The position numbers and the translations under genes were made by a program. Of a DNA stretch of 64,000 nucleotides, positions 1 to 9,028 are shown one piece after another. Below the pieces are notes generated by a model. The model saw only the letters and a list, made by a program, of their open reading frames with translations. It did not search any database and was not told the origin of the DNA. Source of the stretch: Thermoproteota archaeon (GTDB lineage Archaea > Korarchaeota > Korarchaeia > Korarchaeales > JAOZGB01); the NCBI GenBank assembly GCA_037917685.1, contig JAVCBU010000012.1:288001-352000 (forward strand), read 5' to 3'. Each line of letters opens with the position of its first letter. Positions within the stretch are counted from its first letter, which is position 1.

Positions 1-1653
1 TCCTCCTAACCTGTTTATTGAATGTTTTGAGAGTCCAAATATAGATGCGTGGGACAGCTTCAAGAGTATCCCTATCAGGAGGAAGACGAGGCCTTGCCCA
101 AGGTCGCCGAACATCATTCCAAACATTATTGGGTACAGAACTGTTACTAGGGGTGTGGGGTTCAGTTCGTAGTAGTTGGGGCTACCTCTTAGGTTGACCA
201 GTAGCTGGAAGTCCTTTAAGGGACTCTTGTTTTTTACTATTATCGGTGGCGTTATTTCCGGGATTGGATCTTTTATAAGTATGGATTCTTTACGGTTTGT
301 AACGTCTAGAACGATTCGCTCTAGGTCTTTACTCCTTCTTCTGGGAATCCAGCCATGTATTACTGTTTTGCCGTTTTCTCTCCATAGTTTGGCTTTTTCT
401 CTCTCGATCTTTAGTGTTTTTAGTATTATTGGTTTGAACTTTTCAACCTGGGCTTTTAGGCCGAGGAGTCTTCTCAGGGTTTCCCCAAGCTTTGATTTGA
501 TCTCAGCCTCCCTTCTCCTAAGCTCAGCTATTGCATCATCGGTCTTCGACGGGAGGCCATCAGGCAATCTGATCTCCTCAAAGTTTAAAAGCTTCAAAAC
601 CTCGCCAACATACTCCTCTTCACCCTTAACACCAACAATAACAACAAAATAGTATGATGCATCCCAAGGGATTTTTACAAACTCTGTTACTCGACCCTCG
701 ATATATACTTCGAGTTTAGGTAGGAGCTTCCTGTAGAGAAGACCTGCCTTAACAAACATGAACCTGTGCTCCCCAATATCGCCAACGTCGATACCGTTAT
801 CTTTAAGGATGCTGAGAACCCTCAGCGTCTCCTGCACTCTCTCATATTCCTCAAGCAGCCTCTCAGCCTCAGAGGAGAAATTCTCGAAGACACCCTCAAT
901 CCTAGATATACTCCCGCTAATATCATCAGGAGAAAGCCTAATGTCAAGATCAGCTGGTTCCTTGCTTATTTGTGAGGTTTGCTGCGGACCTAGTATATTA
1001 GCTGACTTTTCAAGAAGACTTTTAGCAGTTTTATCCAGCTGTTTTGATATTCTGAGTATTCTCTCACGGTCAGCATCTACACCTATTTCCCTGGTTGGCT
1101 GAAGAGCAAGTTTTCCTTCAAGGTATGCTTCAAATATGGGTAGGAGCTTCCTGTAGAGAAGACCTGCCTTAACAAACATGAACCTGTGCTCCCCAATATC
1201 GCCAACGTCGATACCGTTATCTTTAAGGATGCTGAGAACCCTCAGCGTCTCCTGCACTCTCTCATATTCCTCAAGCAGCCTCTCAGCCTCAGAGGAGAAA
1301 TTCTCGAAGACACCCTCAATCCTAGATATACTCCCGCTAATATCATCAGGAGAAAGCCTAATGTCAAGATCAGCTGGCTTAGGCTGGGTGTATCCTTCCC
1401 TCCTACCCAATATTTTGGACATAAACGATTTTTCTACCCTAGGCTGGGGAATTTTAAGTATATTAGCGTTTATTTTTTCTGATAGCCTCAGGAATCTTTC
1501 GCACTCGGATTCGAGAGTTGTTTTTCTAACTGGTCTTGGAATTAACTGTATTATTTCTGCTATGCCTTGTTCTCCGAGTTTTCTAAGCAGCTCGTCTTCT
1601 TTATCAGTTGGTATTTCTATTCTGAATCTTACCATTGGTTCGGGCTTGAACAA
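1..1653 (-). CDS. atpI: A/V-type ATP synthase subunit I (a), 3'-truncated by the window edge, with an internal duplication in the soluble N-terminal domain
   Basis: Not in the ORF track because it runs off the edge. Manual translation: MFKPEPMVRFRIEIPTDKEDELLRKLGEQG...HGWIP...FQLLVNLRGSPNYYELNPTPLVTVLYPIMFGMMFGDLGQG (subunit I signature). TTG start at 1653 follows a GAGGTGG RBS; an alternative GTG is at 1662. Confidence 0.93.
   Translation of the reverse strand, partial: MFKPEPMVRFRIEIPTDKEDELLRKLGEQGIAEIIQLIPRPVRKTTLESECERFLRLSEKINANILKIPQPRVEKSFMSKILGRREGYTQPKPADLDIRLSPDDISGSISRIEGVFENFSSEAERLLEEYERVQETLRVLSILKDNGIDVGDIGEHRFMFVKAGLLYRKLLPIFEAYLEGKLALQPTREIGVDADRERILRISKQLDKTAKSLLEKSANILGPQQTSQISKEPADLDIRLSPDDISGSISRIEGVFENFSSEAERLLEEYERVQETLRVLSILKDNGIDVGDIGEHRFMFVKAGLLYRKLLPKLEVYIEGRVTEFVKIPWDASYYFVVIVGVKGEEEYVGEVLKLLNFEEIRLPDGLPSKTDDAIAELRRREAEIKSKLGETLRRLLGLKAQVEKFKPIILKTLKIEREKAKLWRENGKTVIHGWIPRRRSKDLERIVLDVTNRKESILIKDPIPEITPPIIVKNKSPLKDFQLLVNLRGSPNYYELNPTPLVTVLYPIMFGMMFGDLGQGLVFLLIGILLKLSHASIFGLSKHSINRLGG
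719..957. repeat. Exact 239-bp direct repeat, copy A (inside atpI)
   Basis: 719-957 is identical base for base to 1139-1377; offset 420 bp (140 codons, in frame). Confidence 0.97.
1139..1377. repeat. Exact 239-bp direct repeat, copy B (inside atpI)
   Basis: Identical to 719-957. Confidence 0.97.
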
Positions 1654-1702
1654 TGCATGCACCACCTCTTACACTTTTCATCCTTTTCTTTAAATTTTGG
1701 GC

Positions 1703-3130
1703 TTAAGGTAACCCTGCAGATATGAACTTTATTATTAATGTTGCAGGCCCCAGCCCTAAAACTATCGTGGTTATTGCGGTTAGTAGAATGGCTATCGTTT
1801 CTGGGGCTGCAGGCTCCTCGCGTGGGATTAGGGGGTTTTCCCTGTCAGGGAAGTAAAGTTGCTTTATGACTTGAGCGTAGTATCCAACTGATACTGCACT
1901 GTTAGCAAAGGCTACTATTGCGAGGGGGGGATTTGTTCTTAGAACAGACTGAAATATGTATATGAATTTACTCCAGAATCCTATGAGAGGGGGCATCCCC
2001 ATTAAACTAAGCATGTTTATTGTAGTTGCAAATGATATTAGGGGCATTTTCATACCCATTCCTGCGATGTCTCCGAGGTTCAAGCCTGTTTTTCTATAGG
2101 ATAGGTATGATAGCCATACGAATATCCCGATCTTCGCCATTACATATGTAGCTATGTGTAATGCTACACCTGACATTGCTAACTCCCAATAGGGTTGGCC
2201 TTTAGCTACCGAGAACGCCGCCATTATATAGCCTGCCTGTGCAATGCTACTGTAAGCCATCATTCTTTGAACGTTCTTCTGCACTAGTGCTGTCACATTG
2301 CCAAATGTCATTGTTGCCACTGACAATAGGCTTAAGTATAGGGTCCACCTACCATCTAGGCTGCCACTGTATGGATATGCTATTCTTAACAAGGCTAGTA
2401 TGGCTGCTATCTTGACTACTCCTGCTATATAGCTTATTATTAATGGGTAGACTCCACCGTATACGTCCGGAAGCCAGCCGTGGAATGGCACCACACCCAT
2501 TTTAAAGCTGTACGCCGCTACAATCAGGGCTACACCTATAAGTAGCAGGTGTGGGTTGGCAGACCCTACGCCGGGCATGGTTGAGCTTGTTACTCCAAAT
2601 ATTATCGCCAGGCCGTAGAGCATTATGGATGAGGCTGCTATCCCCATTAAAGCATATTTTACTGCTCCTTCAACAGATGGTTCATCTTTCTTGAGGCCTA
2701 CCATTACGTAGGATGCTACCGAAACTAGGGCCCATGTCACCATCATTAGGATCAGGTCTTCACAGTAGACAAGAATTTCAACCCCGACAAGGGCTATTAG
2801 AAGCAGAGAATAGTATGTGGGAGCTGTAATCCAATCTTTAGCCTGGTTATGTGACGAGATAGCAACTATTAGGGCTCCAAACCATATTATTATAGAGACG
2901 AATGAGCCGTACTTATCTATCATTATAGTTCCTTGATGTAATACCTTTTCGCCTGTTACCTCTAGCGCGATCATAAGGTTTAGAGCCAAGCCTGCTACTA
3001 AGCATCCATATGCTAGTTTTTCACCGGCTGATCGTTTTCCCAAAATTATATAGTCTAACGGGGGGATTACAAGGCCTACCCCGCTGGTTAGTAATATTAG
3101 GATGTTAAACATCATGCTTACCATGTCCAT
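1703..3130 (-). CDS. nuoN: Complex I-like oxidoreductase subunit N
   Basis: Hydrophobic antiporter-like protein with EGAVKY, FKMGVVPFHGWLPDVYGG, RMMAYSSIAQAGY; last gene of the nuo operon. Confidence 0.92.
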   Translation of the reverse strand: MDMVSMMFNILILLTSGVGLVIPPLDYIILGKRSAGEKLAYGCLVAGLALNLMIALEVTGEKVLHQGTIMIDKYGSFVSIIIWFGALIVAISSHNQAKDWITAPTYYSLLLIALVGVEILVYCEDLILMMVTWALVSVASYVMVGLKKDEPSVEGAVKYALMGIAASSIMLYGLAIIFGVTSSTMPGVGSANPHLLLIGVALIVAAYSFKMGVVPFHGWLPDVYGGVYPLIISYIAGVVKIAAILALLRIAYPYSGSLDGRWTLYLSLLSVATMTFGNVTALVQKNVQRMMAYSSIAQAGYIMAAFSVAKGQPYWELAMSGVALHIATYVMAKIGIFVWLSYLSYRKTGLNLGDIAGMGMKMPLISFATTINMLSLMGMPPLIGFWSKFIYIFQSVLRTNPPLAIVAFANSAVSVGYYAQVIKQLYFPDRENPLIPREEPAAPETIAILLTAITTIVLGLGPATLIIKFISAGLP

Positions 3131-3131
3131 G

Positions 3132-5225
3132 CTACATCACCCATATGAGTATTAGGAGGAGAGCTGCACCTATGAAGAACCAGGCTATATACTGGTTTAT
3201 TCTTCCTGTTTGGATAGTTCTAAGCTTTCTACCAAACCAGATAAACATGGAGGGTACTCCTTTATTATAGCCATCGTCTATCACGGTGGTTTCCAGGTTC
3301 TTGTAGAGGCCGATGCTTAGCGCTGATGTTAGGATTGGTATTGCCCTATGATAGAGACCATCTATTATGAGAGTGTCGAACATCTTGTACACCCCCTTCG
3401 CGAATGATGACAGCCCATAGACAAGGATTCTGTAGTATACTGAGTTAACTAGGTAGCGATCATAAAGTAGATTTCTAAGGCTCTTCAGTACGGGTGAAGC
3501 TTCTACTTTTGAGTCTAATTGGGGCTGGTATAGCGGTTTAATGTAGAGCATGGTTGCAGATATGATTCCGAAAGCTACAAGCAGCACGGAACTCGCGGTT
3601 GTTTCAACGTCTACTTCTAGGTGGAATGGCAAATGCTCTTCTATACCGATTACATTTGAAGTTGCAGCTTCGAGAAAGCTTGGGCCAAGTATTGGCCATA
3701 TCACCCCGATGCAAAGAGAAAGAATGGCTAGGAGGAAGAATGGTGTAAGCATAACTGGATGTGCCTCGTGAAGTTTGTGTTCACGCTTAAGGTGCCTAAC
3801 ATTTTCCGACTCTGACATAAGAAATACTCTAAATACCATTCTCATCGAGTAAAAGGCTGTTAAGAACGCTGTTACCAGGCCAAGGATGAATGGAACCTGC
3901 AGCCCCGCATGTTTAGCTGCTTCCACTATGGCGTCTTTCGTCCAGAATCCCATGAAAGGGGGAACTCCAGATAGACTCAAGGCTGCTATGACCATGGCTG
4001 TAAACGTGTATTTCATATGCTTCGATAGGCCACCCATACCGTCTATATATCTTGTTTCAACAGAATGTATAATTGCCCCAGCTGCAAGGAATAGTGATGC
4101 TTTAAATATCGCATGTGAAGCCAGATGGCCAAAGCACGCTGCGAATCCCTTTGGAAATTCGTGGATGAGACCTGAAGCTCCAGCGGCTAGAAACATATAG
4201 CCTAGCTGAGATGCTGTTGAGAACGCTAGGATTAGTTTTAGCTCTCTAGCCACCAGCGCCTGGGTTGCCATAAAGAAAGCTGTGAATCCGCCTATAAGGG
4301 CTATTATTGAAAAATAGGTTTGAATGGAAGGGGCGGCCACTGATGAATGGACGGCAGCATAGTGGAATATAGGTGAAAATCTCAACATGAAGTACACTCC
4401 TGCTTTAACCATGGTCGCCGCATGTATCAAAGCTGAAACTGATGTTGGTCCTGTCATGGCTGTTACAAGCCATTCATGGAATGGAAACTGGGCGCTTTTA
4501 GCCATAGCACCAAGTGTGAATATTAGTAGGAATGGTAAGAGTAGACCCTTAGATGCGAGTACAGATGCCCATTCAGGTGACTTTTCAGCTATCTGTTGAA
4601 TACTAAAAGTTCCGGTTAAAGCGAATAGCACGGCTATACCTGCAAGTAGGCCAACATCACCTATTCTAGTGAAAACTATGGCTCTAACCCCGCTATGGCT
4701 TGGGGAGAATGCCATTGGTACTCCTAGGGCTACTCTGCCATGATCTCCTACCCATTTCTCCTTTTCATCTCTGTACCAATGGCCTATTAGAGCGTAGGAC
4801 GCTAGACCTGTACCTTCCCATCCGAGGAACATTAGTAAGATGTTCCCAGAAAGTACGAGCAGCTGCATGCTCCCAACGAAGAAATCAAAGAAAAACCAGT
4901 ATCTTGTCAGACCTGTGTCATGCTCCATATATTTAAGGCTGTAGAATCCTATAAGAAAGCTCAGCCATGAAACAACTACCGACATAAAGGCCGCAAGACT
5001 ATCTACATAAGTTTGGAGGTTAAAGTCTATCGTTTTAACCCAACTAGCTTCGTATACTACAGCCTCCCCAGTATCTAAAACTGTATTTAGGAGCACCGTT
5101 GAGCATAATGCGCTTAGCAAGAGCATCAATACCGCAATTGAATCTCTCAGTTTACCTTTCAAAGTAAGGCTTAGGGCCGCCCCCACGTATGGGAGCAGCC
5201 ACGCCGCCACAGCTACTGCCTCCAT
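3132..5225 (-). CDS. nuoL: Complex I-like oxidoreductase subunit L
   Basis: GWEGTGLASYALIGHWY, KSAQFPFHEWL, GPTSVSALIHAATMVKAGVY, C-terminal lateral helix ending IQTG. Confidence 0.95.
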   Translation of the reverse strand: MEAVAVAAWLLPYVGAALSLTLKGKLRDSIAVLMLLLSALCSTVLLNTVLDTGEAVVYEASWVKTIDFNLQTYVDSLAAFMSVVVSWLSFLIGFYSLKYMEHDTGLTRYWFFFDFFVGSMQLLVLSGNILLMFLGWEGTGLASYALIGHWYRDEKEKWVGDHGRVALGVPMAFSPSHSGVRAIVFTRIGDVGLLAGIAVLFALTGTFSIQQIAEKSPEWASVLASKGLLLPFLLIFTLGAMAKSAQFPFHEWLVTAMTGPTSVSALIHAATMVKAGVYFMLRFSPIFHYAAVHSSVAAPSIQTYFSIIALIGGFTAFFMATQALVARELKLILAFSTASQLGYMFLAAGASGLIHEFPKGFAACFGHLASHAIFKASLFLAAGAIIHSVETRYIDGMGGLSKHMKYTFTAMVIAALSLSGVPPFMGFWTKDAIVEAAKHAGLQVPFILGLVTAFLTAFYSMRMVFRVFLMSESENVRHLKREHKLHEAHPVMLTPFFLLAILSLCIGVIWPILGPSFLEAATSNVIGIEEHLPFHLEVDVETTASSVLLVAFGIISATMLYIKPLYQPQLDSKVEASPVLKSLRNLLYDRYLVNSVYYRILVYGLSSFAKGVYKMFDTLIIDGLYHRAIPILTSALSIGLYKNLETTVIDDGYNKGVPSMFIWFGRKLRTIQTGRINQYIAWFFIGAALLLILIWVM

Positions 5226-5229
5226 TTTA

Positions 5230-6774
5230 TCATCCCTTTAGATATAATGTTAGAAACTTTGCAAGCGGATCAATAAATACATACGGAATTATGAATAGTA
5301 CTACTCCAACTGCAGCTATTACTGCCATAGGCAGGGTCAGACTTCTCCTCGCTTTTTGCGCCTTCTCTGTTTTCTCACCTGGCTCACCGAAGAATATTCT
5401 TTTCATTGTGACAAACGCATACCCTGTTGAAAGACCTATGGCCACTACCAGCCCAGCTACCACTGGTATGAAGCTTCCGTCCTGGAAGGCTTTGTTTACT
5501 ACACCTACTACGATTAGAATCTCGCTCCAAAAGCCAAGCGAAGGTGGCACCCCAGTTATGTTCATGAATCCTGCGAGTGCCATCGCAGCAGTGTAGGGCA
5601 TCTTTGAAGCCAGCCCTCCCATCTGGTCTATTCTTCTCAAACCGTGTAGCTCTGCTATCAGGGTTCCGGCTACCATGAAGAGAAGAGCTTTCCCTACCGC
5701 ATGTGATGCGTAGTGGAGCATTGCGCCTGCTACTCCTAGTGTCTGAAGGCTTGAAACACCCAGGAGTATGTAGCCCATTTGTGATATGCTTGAATAGGCG
5801 AGAAGTCTTTTGAAGTCTTTCTGAGCTAGAACCATTAATCCTCCGTATATCATTGTTAGAAGTGCGAGAGGAAGAGTGTATGAGGTGAGTTTGGGGAAGG
5901 ATTCGGGAAATAGTGTGTAGTTTATCCTTATGAGGGCGTATCCAGCGATACCTATAAGGTTGGGTGAAAGCAAGGCTGAAACAGGAGTTGGCGCCTCAGC
6001 ATGTGCGTATGGAAGCCAGATGTGTACTCCGAACACAGCCATCTTGACGAATAAGCCTATTGTTAGGGCCGCAACTACTGTCATCCTCATTGATACTGGT
6101 AGTTTCTCCCCGAGCGCCATATTTGCAGCTAAGGTTTCAGGGTTTATAATGTCAAATACTCCGGTTGTTAGCCCAATCACCATTGCTCCCGCGAGGAATA
6201 CGAGTGCGCCGACGTGAGTCCATATGAGGTACATGATTGCAATTCTTGATTTTTCTCCGTAGCCGTAGAATGCTATTAGTAGGAAGCTCGGTAGAAGGCT
6301 CAGCTCTAGAAAAAGATAGAATTCCAGAAGGTTTGTTGAAAGAACTGTGCCAAGCATAGCTGATGAAAACATAACGTAAAGCATGTAGTAGACTCCCCAT
6401 GAGGGGGCTTTCTCTCCTTCGTGCTCCATTTCTTCGAAGCGATGTTTCATGTATGGAAGTGAGTATAGGGATACAAACGATGTCACTAGCCCTATAGAAA
6501 AGGCTATTGGTGCGTTTAGCCCGTCCAGAAGCATTGTGAAGTTTCCTGCAATATCAGACCTAAAGAAGGGAGGGTCAGCTATAGGCTCCTTTAGTCCTGT
6601 CTGGATTAGTAACACTGACACCATGGCTAGAGGGAGTAAGAGGAGCACTGTTGAAATTGCAGTGTGAACCTTAGGCTTCCAATTTCGGCCTAGTACTGCT
6701 TGGAAGAAGGATACTACTATTGGTACTATAACTGTTAGAAACAGGATTGGATATTGGAGTATCATTTCTTTCAC
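5230..6774 (-). CDS. nuoM: Complex I-like oxidoreductase subunit M
   Basis: HIWLPYAHAEAPTPVSALL, QKDFKRLLAYSSISQMGY, GFWSE. Confidence 0.93.
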   Translation of the reverse strand: MKEMILQYPILFLTVIVPIVVSFFQAVLGRNWKPKVHTAISTVLLLLPLAMVSVLLIQTGLKEPIADPPFFRSDIAGNFTMLLDGLNAPIAFSIGLVTSFVSLYSLPYMKHRFEEMEHEGEKAPSWGVYYMLYVMFSSAMLGTVLSTNLLEFYLFLELSLLPSFLLIAFYGYGEKSRIAIMYLIWTHVGALVFLAGAMVIGLTTGVFDIINPETLAANMALGEKLPVSMRMTVVAALTIGLFVKMAVFGVHIWLPYAHAEAPTPVSALLSPNLIGIAGYALIRINYTLFPESFPKLTSYTLPLALLTMIYGGLMVLAQKDFKRLLAYSSISQMGYILLGVSSLQTLGVAGAMLHYASHAVGKALLFMVAGTLIAELHGLRRIDQMGGLASKMPYTAAMALAGFMNITGVPPSLGFWSEILIVVGVVNKAFQDGSFIPVVAGLVVAIGLSTGYAFVTMKRIFFGEPGEKTEKAQKARRSLTLPMAVIAAVGVVLFIIPYVFIDPLAKFLTLYLKG

Positions 6775-7073
6775 CCCTTAAACCTCTCAAGATGGTATAC
6801 ATCTACTTCTTTTCTAAGCGTAAACATAAGTAGTGCTATGGATACTGTAACCCCAACTTCGGCTGCCGCTATTGTGATTGCAAGAAGGGCCATAAGCCCT
6901 CCGGAGGCCGGGTCAGCTGAGGCTGAAGATAAAGCTAACAGGGCTATCAGAGCCGAGTTGAAAATTACCTCTGCCGAGAGGAGGATTCTTATTATATTTC
7001 TCCTGGATATTAGACCGTACACGCCTATTCCAAACATACAGACGGAAACGATAAGGTAGTGATACACCATCAT
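6771..7073 (-). CDS. nuoK: Complex I-like oxidoreductase subunit K
   Basis: 100 aa, 3 TM, RRNIIRILLSAE and IAAAEVGV motifs. Confidence 0.93.
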   Translation of the reverse strand: MMVYHYLIVSVCMFGIGVYGLISRRNIIRILLSAEVIFNSALIALLALSSASADPASGGLMALLAITIAAAEVGVTVSIALLMFTLRKEVDVYHLERFKG

Positions 7074-7555
7074 ATCTTTTCACCTCGCATCGCTAGAGTT
7101 AATGCTTCAATAAGTGTTGTTACAAGGGTTAATGTAGTTATGACAAGTGCAAATTTATACTTGGATATTAGAAGTGACGAGAGACTTTTATAACTCACAT
7201 TTCCAAAGGCCTGGGCATTTAATCCTTTAAAGACGATAAGGAGACATAGCACTAGTACCACTGATGCTGCCCCGGCTAACATACTCATTGAAGGGGTAGG
7301 TGGTGGGGGTTCTTTGAGGAGAGTTACTGAGAAGAGAATGAATATTACGGCAGCCCCTACGTAGACTGCTATGTGAAATACAGCGAGTATTGTGAAGCCT
7401 ATTAGGGACATCAGTATTGAATTTGAGATGCCAAGTATCGCTAGGAAGAAGGCTGCATACGTGAGTGATTTATGAAGTATGGCTAGTGCTGCTGAGGCTA
7501 AGCCAACAAGGCTTGCGACAAGGAATATTAACATCTCAAGATTTGGAATGTACAT
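7070..7555 (-). CDS. nuoJ: Complex I-like oxidoreductase subunit J
   Basis: 5 TM, VYVGAA motif, located between nuoI and nuoK. Confidence 0.88.
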   Translation of the reverse strand: MYIPNLEMLIFLVASLVGLASAALAILHKSLTYAAFFLAILGISNSILMSLIGFTILAVFHIAVYVGAAVIFILFSVTLLKEPPPPTPSMSMLAGAASVVLVLCLLIVFKGLNAQAFGNVSYKSLSSLLISKYKFALVITTLTLVTTLIEALTLAMRGEKI

Positions 7556-8003
7556 ATTTCAATCCCACCTCCTCATCCGTTTCTATCCTCAATATTTCCG
7601 GTTTGAAGGGGGCTTCAGGCGGCCCCTCCGCTAACTTTTCGGGGGAAAATTCGAGTTCTTCAAGACTGTAAGAAGCGTAATCGTGTACGGGAGAGTACTC
7701 TAATGCCCCTGTAGGGCATATATCGACGCAGAAGCCGCAGAATATACACCTGTTGTAGTTTATAGAGGGATACCTCTTTTCTCCGATTTTAACCATCTTC
7801 ATCGCATCCGCTGGGCATATGTTTGCACAGAGAGAGCAGCTCACACATTTATTCTTATCATATCTAGGCATGCCTCTATAGCCTTCAGGAAGCTTTTCCG
7901 CCTGCTCTGGGTATAGAATTGTTAGTCTCGGCTTCAATAGGAGGTATTTAAGCCCTGTTAGTAGGGCCTGTATATGTCCTCTTACATTTGAAACTACGCC
8001 CAT
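7536..8003 (-). CDS. nuoI: Complex I-like oxidoreductase subunit I (2x[4Fe-4S])
   Basis: TILYPE, GYRG, CVSCSLCANICP and CIFCGFCVDICP. Confidence 0.95.
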   Translation of the reverse strand: MGVVSNVRGHIQALLTGLKYLLLKPRLTILYPEQAEKLPEGYRGMPRYDKNKCVSCSLCANICPADAMKMVKIGEKRYPSINYNRCIFCGFCVDICPTGALEYSPVHDYASYSLEELEFSPEKLAEGPPEAPFKPEILRIETDEEVGLKYVHSKS

Positions 8004-9028
8004 ACCATCACCTTAAGATATGTAAAGATTATGCTGTATCCTATGGCAGCTAAAGACAGTATCAGTAAGACTTTCCATCCTATGGTTAAAGCATGGTCGA
8101 TCCTGTACCGTGGGTAGACGGATCTTAGGAATATTCCTGTGACCATTATTATAAGGGCTTTAGCTAGCATTATGAAACCTGGGAGTATCGGGTGAAGCGT
8201 AAACGGCCAGAAGGTTGGGTTCCAACCGCCTAGGAATAATATTGTAAAGAGAAGGCTTAGAATATACATTTTAACATATGAGGCGCCCATTGTTAGCCCA
8301 TACAGGATTCCGGAATACTCGGTGTATGGCCCCATGACTATTTCCGTTTCTGCCTCGGCGATTTCAAACGGGAACCTTGCTGTTGACATGAATATTATAA
8401 GTAGGAAGGTTAACGCTGCTAAGGGATTTAGAATTATACCCCACTCATGCTTCAAGGCTATCTCTACAATGTCTAAGGTTCCATATAGCATTACTATTGC
8501 TAATGTTGACAGGAATAGGGGAATCTCATAGGAAACTATTATGTATCCCTCTCTCAAGCCTCCTATTAGGCTGAACTTGTTATTGCTTGCCCACCCTATT
8601 ACTAGGTCGAAGAGGGGGCTTAGCGATAACAGCGCAAGGATCACTAGTAGGCTTACTTCGCTATGGAATGGTACGAAGGTGTCACTTACAGGTATAAGGG
8701 CTGCAGGTATGTATGCAGTCCCAAACAGTAGTACTGGTCCAAGTATGAAGGCGAGCTTGTCAGCATCCTTAGGTATTATCGGCTCTGCGAATAGGAATCT
8801 TAAAAGATCAGCTACAAGTTGGAGTATCCCCCCAAGCCTCTTTGAAACATAGAGAGGCCCATATCTTAGCTGTACCTTTGCAGCTATCTTTCTTTCTAAC
8901 CATATAAGAAGAATTATCAAGACGAAAGCTGTAAGTATGCCGGGGAAGAAAATTGGAGTAAATATGTAGGGCTTTAGCAGGAGGTTTATGAGCCATTTAA
9001 CGAGTTCTACCAATCCCATATCCATCAC
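7994..9028 (-). CDS. nuoH: Complex I-like oxidoreductase subunit H
   Basis: ERKIAAKVQLRYGP, RFPFEIAEAETEIVMGPYTEYSG, YPRYRID. Confidence 0.95.
   Translation of the reverse strand: MMDMGLVELVKWLINLLLKPYIFTPIFFPGILTAFVLIILLIWLERKIAAKVQLRYGPLYVSKRLGGILQLVADLLRFLFAEPIIPKDADKLAFILGPVLLFGTAYIPAALIPVSDTFVPFHSEVSLLVILALLSLSPLFDLVIGWASNNKFSLIGGLREGYIIVSYEIPLFLSTLAIVMLYGTLDIVEIALKHEWGIILNPLAALTFLLIIFMSTARFPFEIAEAETEIVMGPYTEYSGILYGLTMGASYVKMYILSLLFTILFLGGWNPTFWPFTLHPILPGFIMLAKALIIMVTGIFLRSVYPRYRIDHALTIGWKVLLILSLAAIGYSIIFTYLKVMVWA

Noticed and set aside
719-1377. Direct repeat as a CRISPR array, IS ends or att sites
   Set aside because: Only two long copies, in frame within a continuous ORF; the intervening DNA is homologous coding sequence; no cas gene or transposase.
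176-1693. Plus-strand ORFs (176-652, 758-1102, 766-975, 1178-1693, 1186-1482) including apparently duplicated proteins
   Set aside because: Ser/Leu-rich antisense shadows of atpI; their identity simply reflects the 239-bp repeat.
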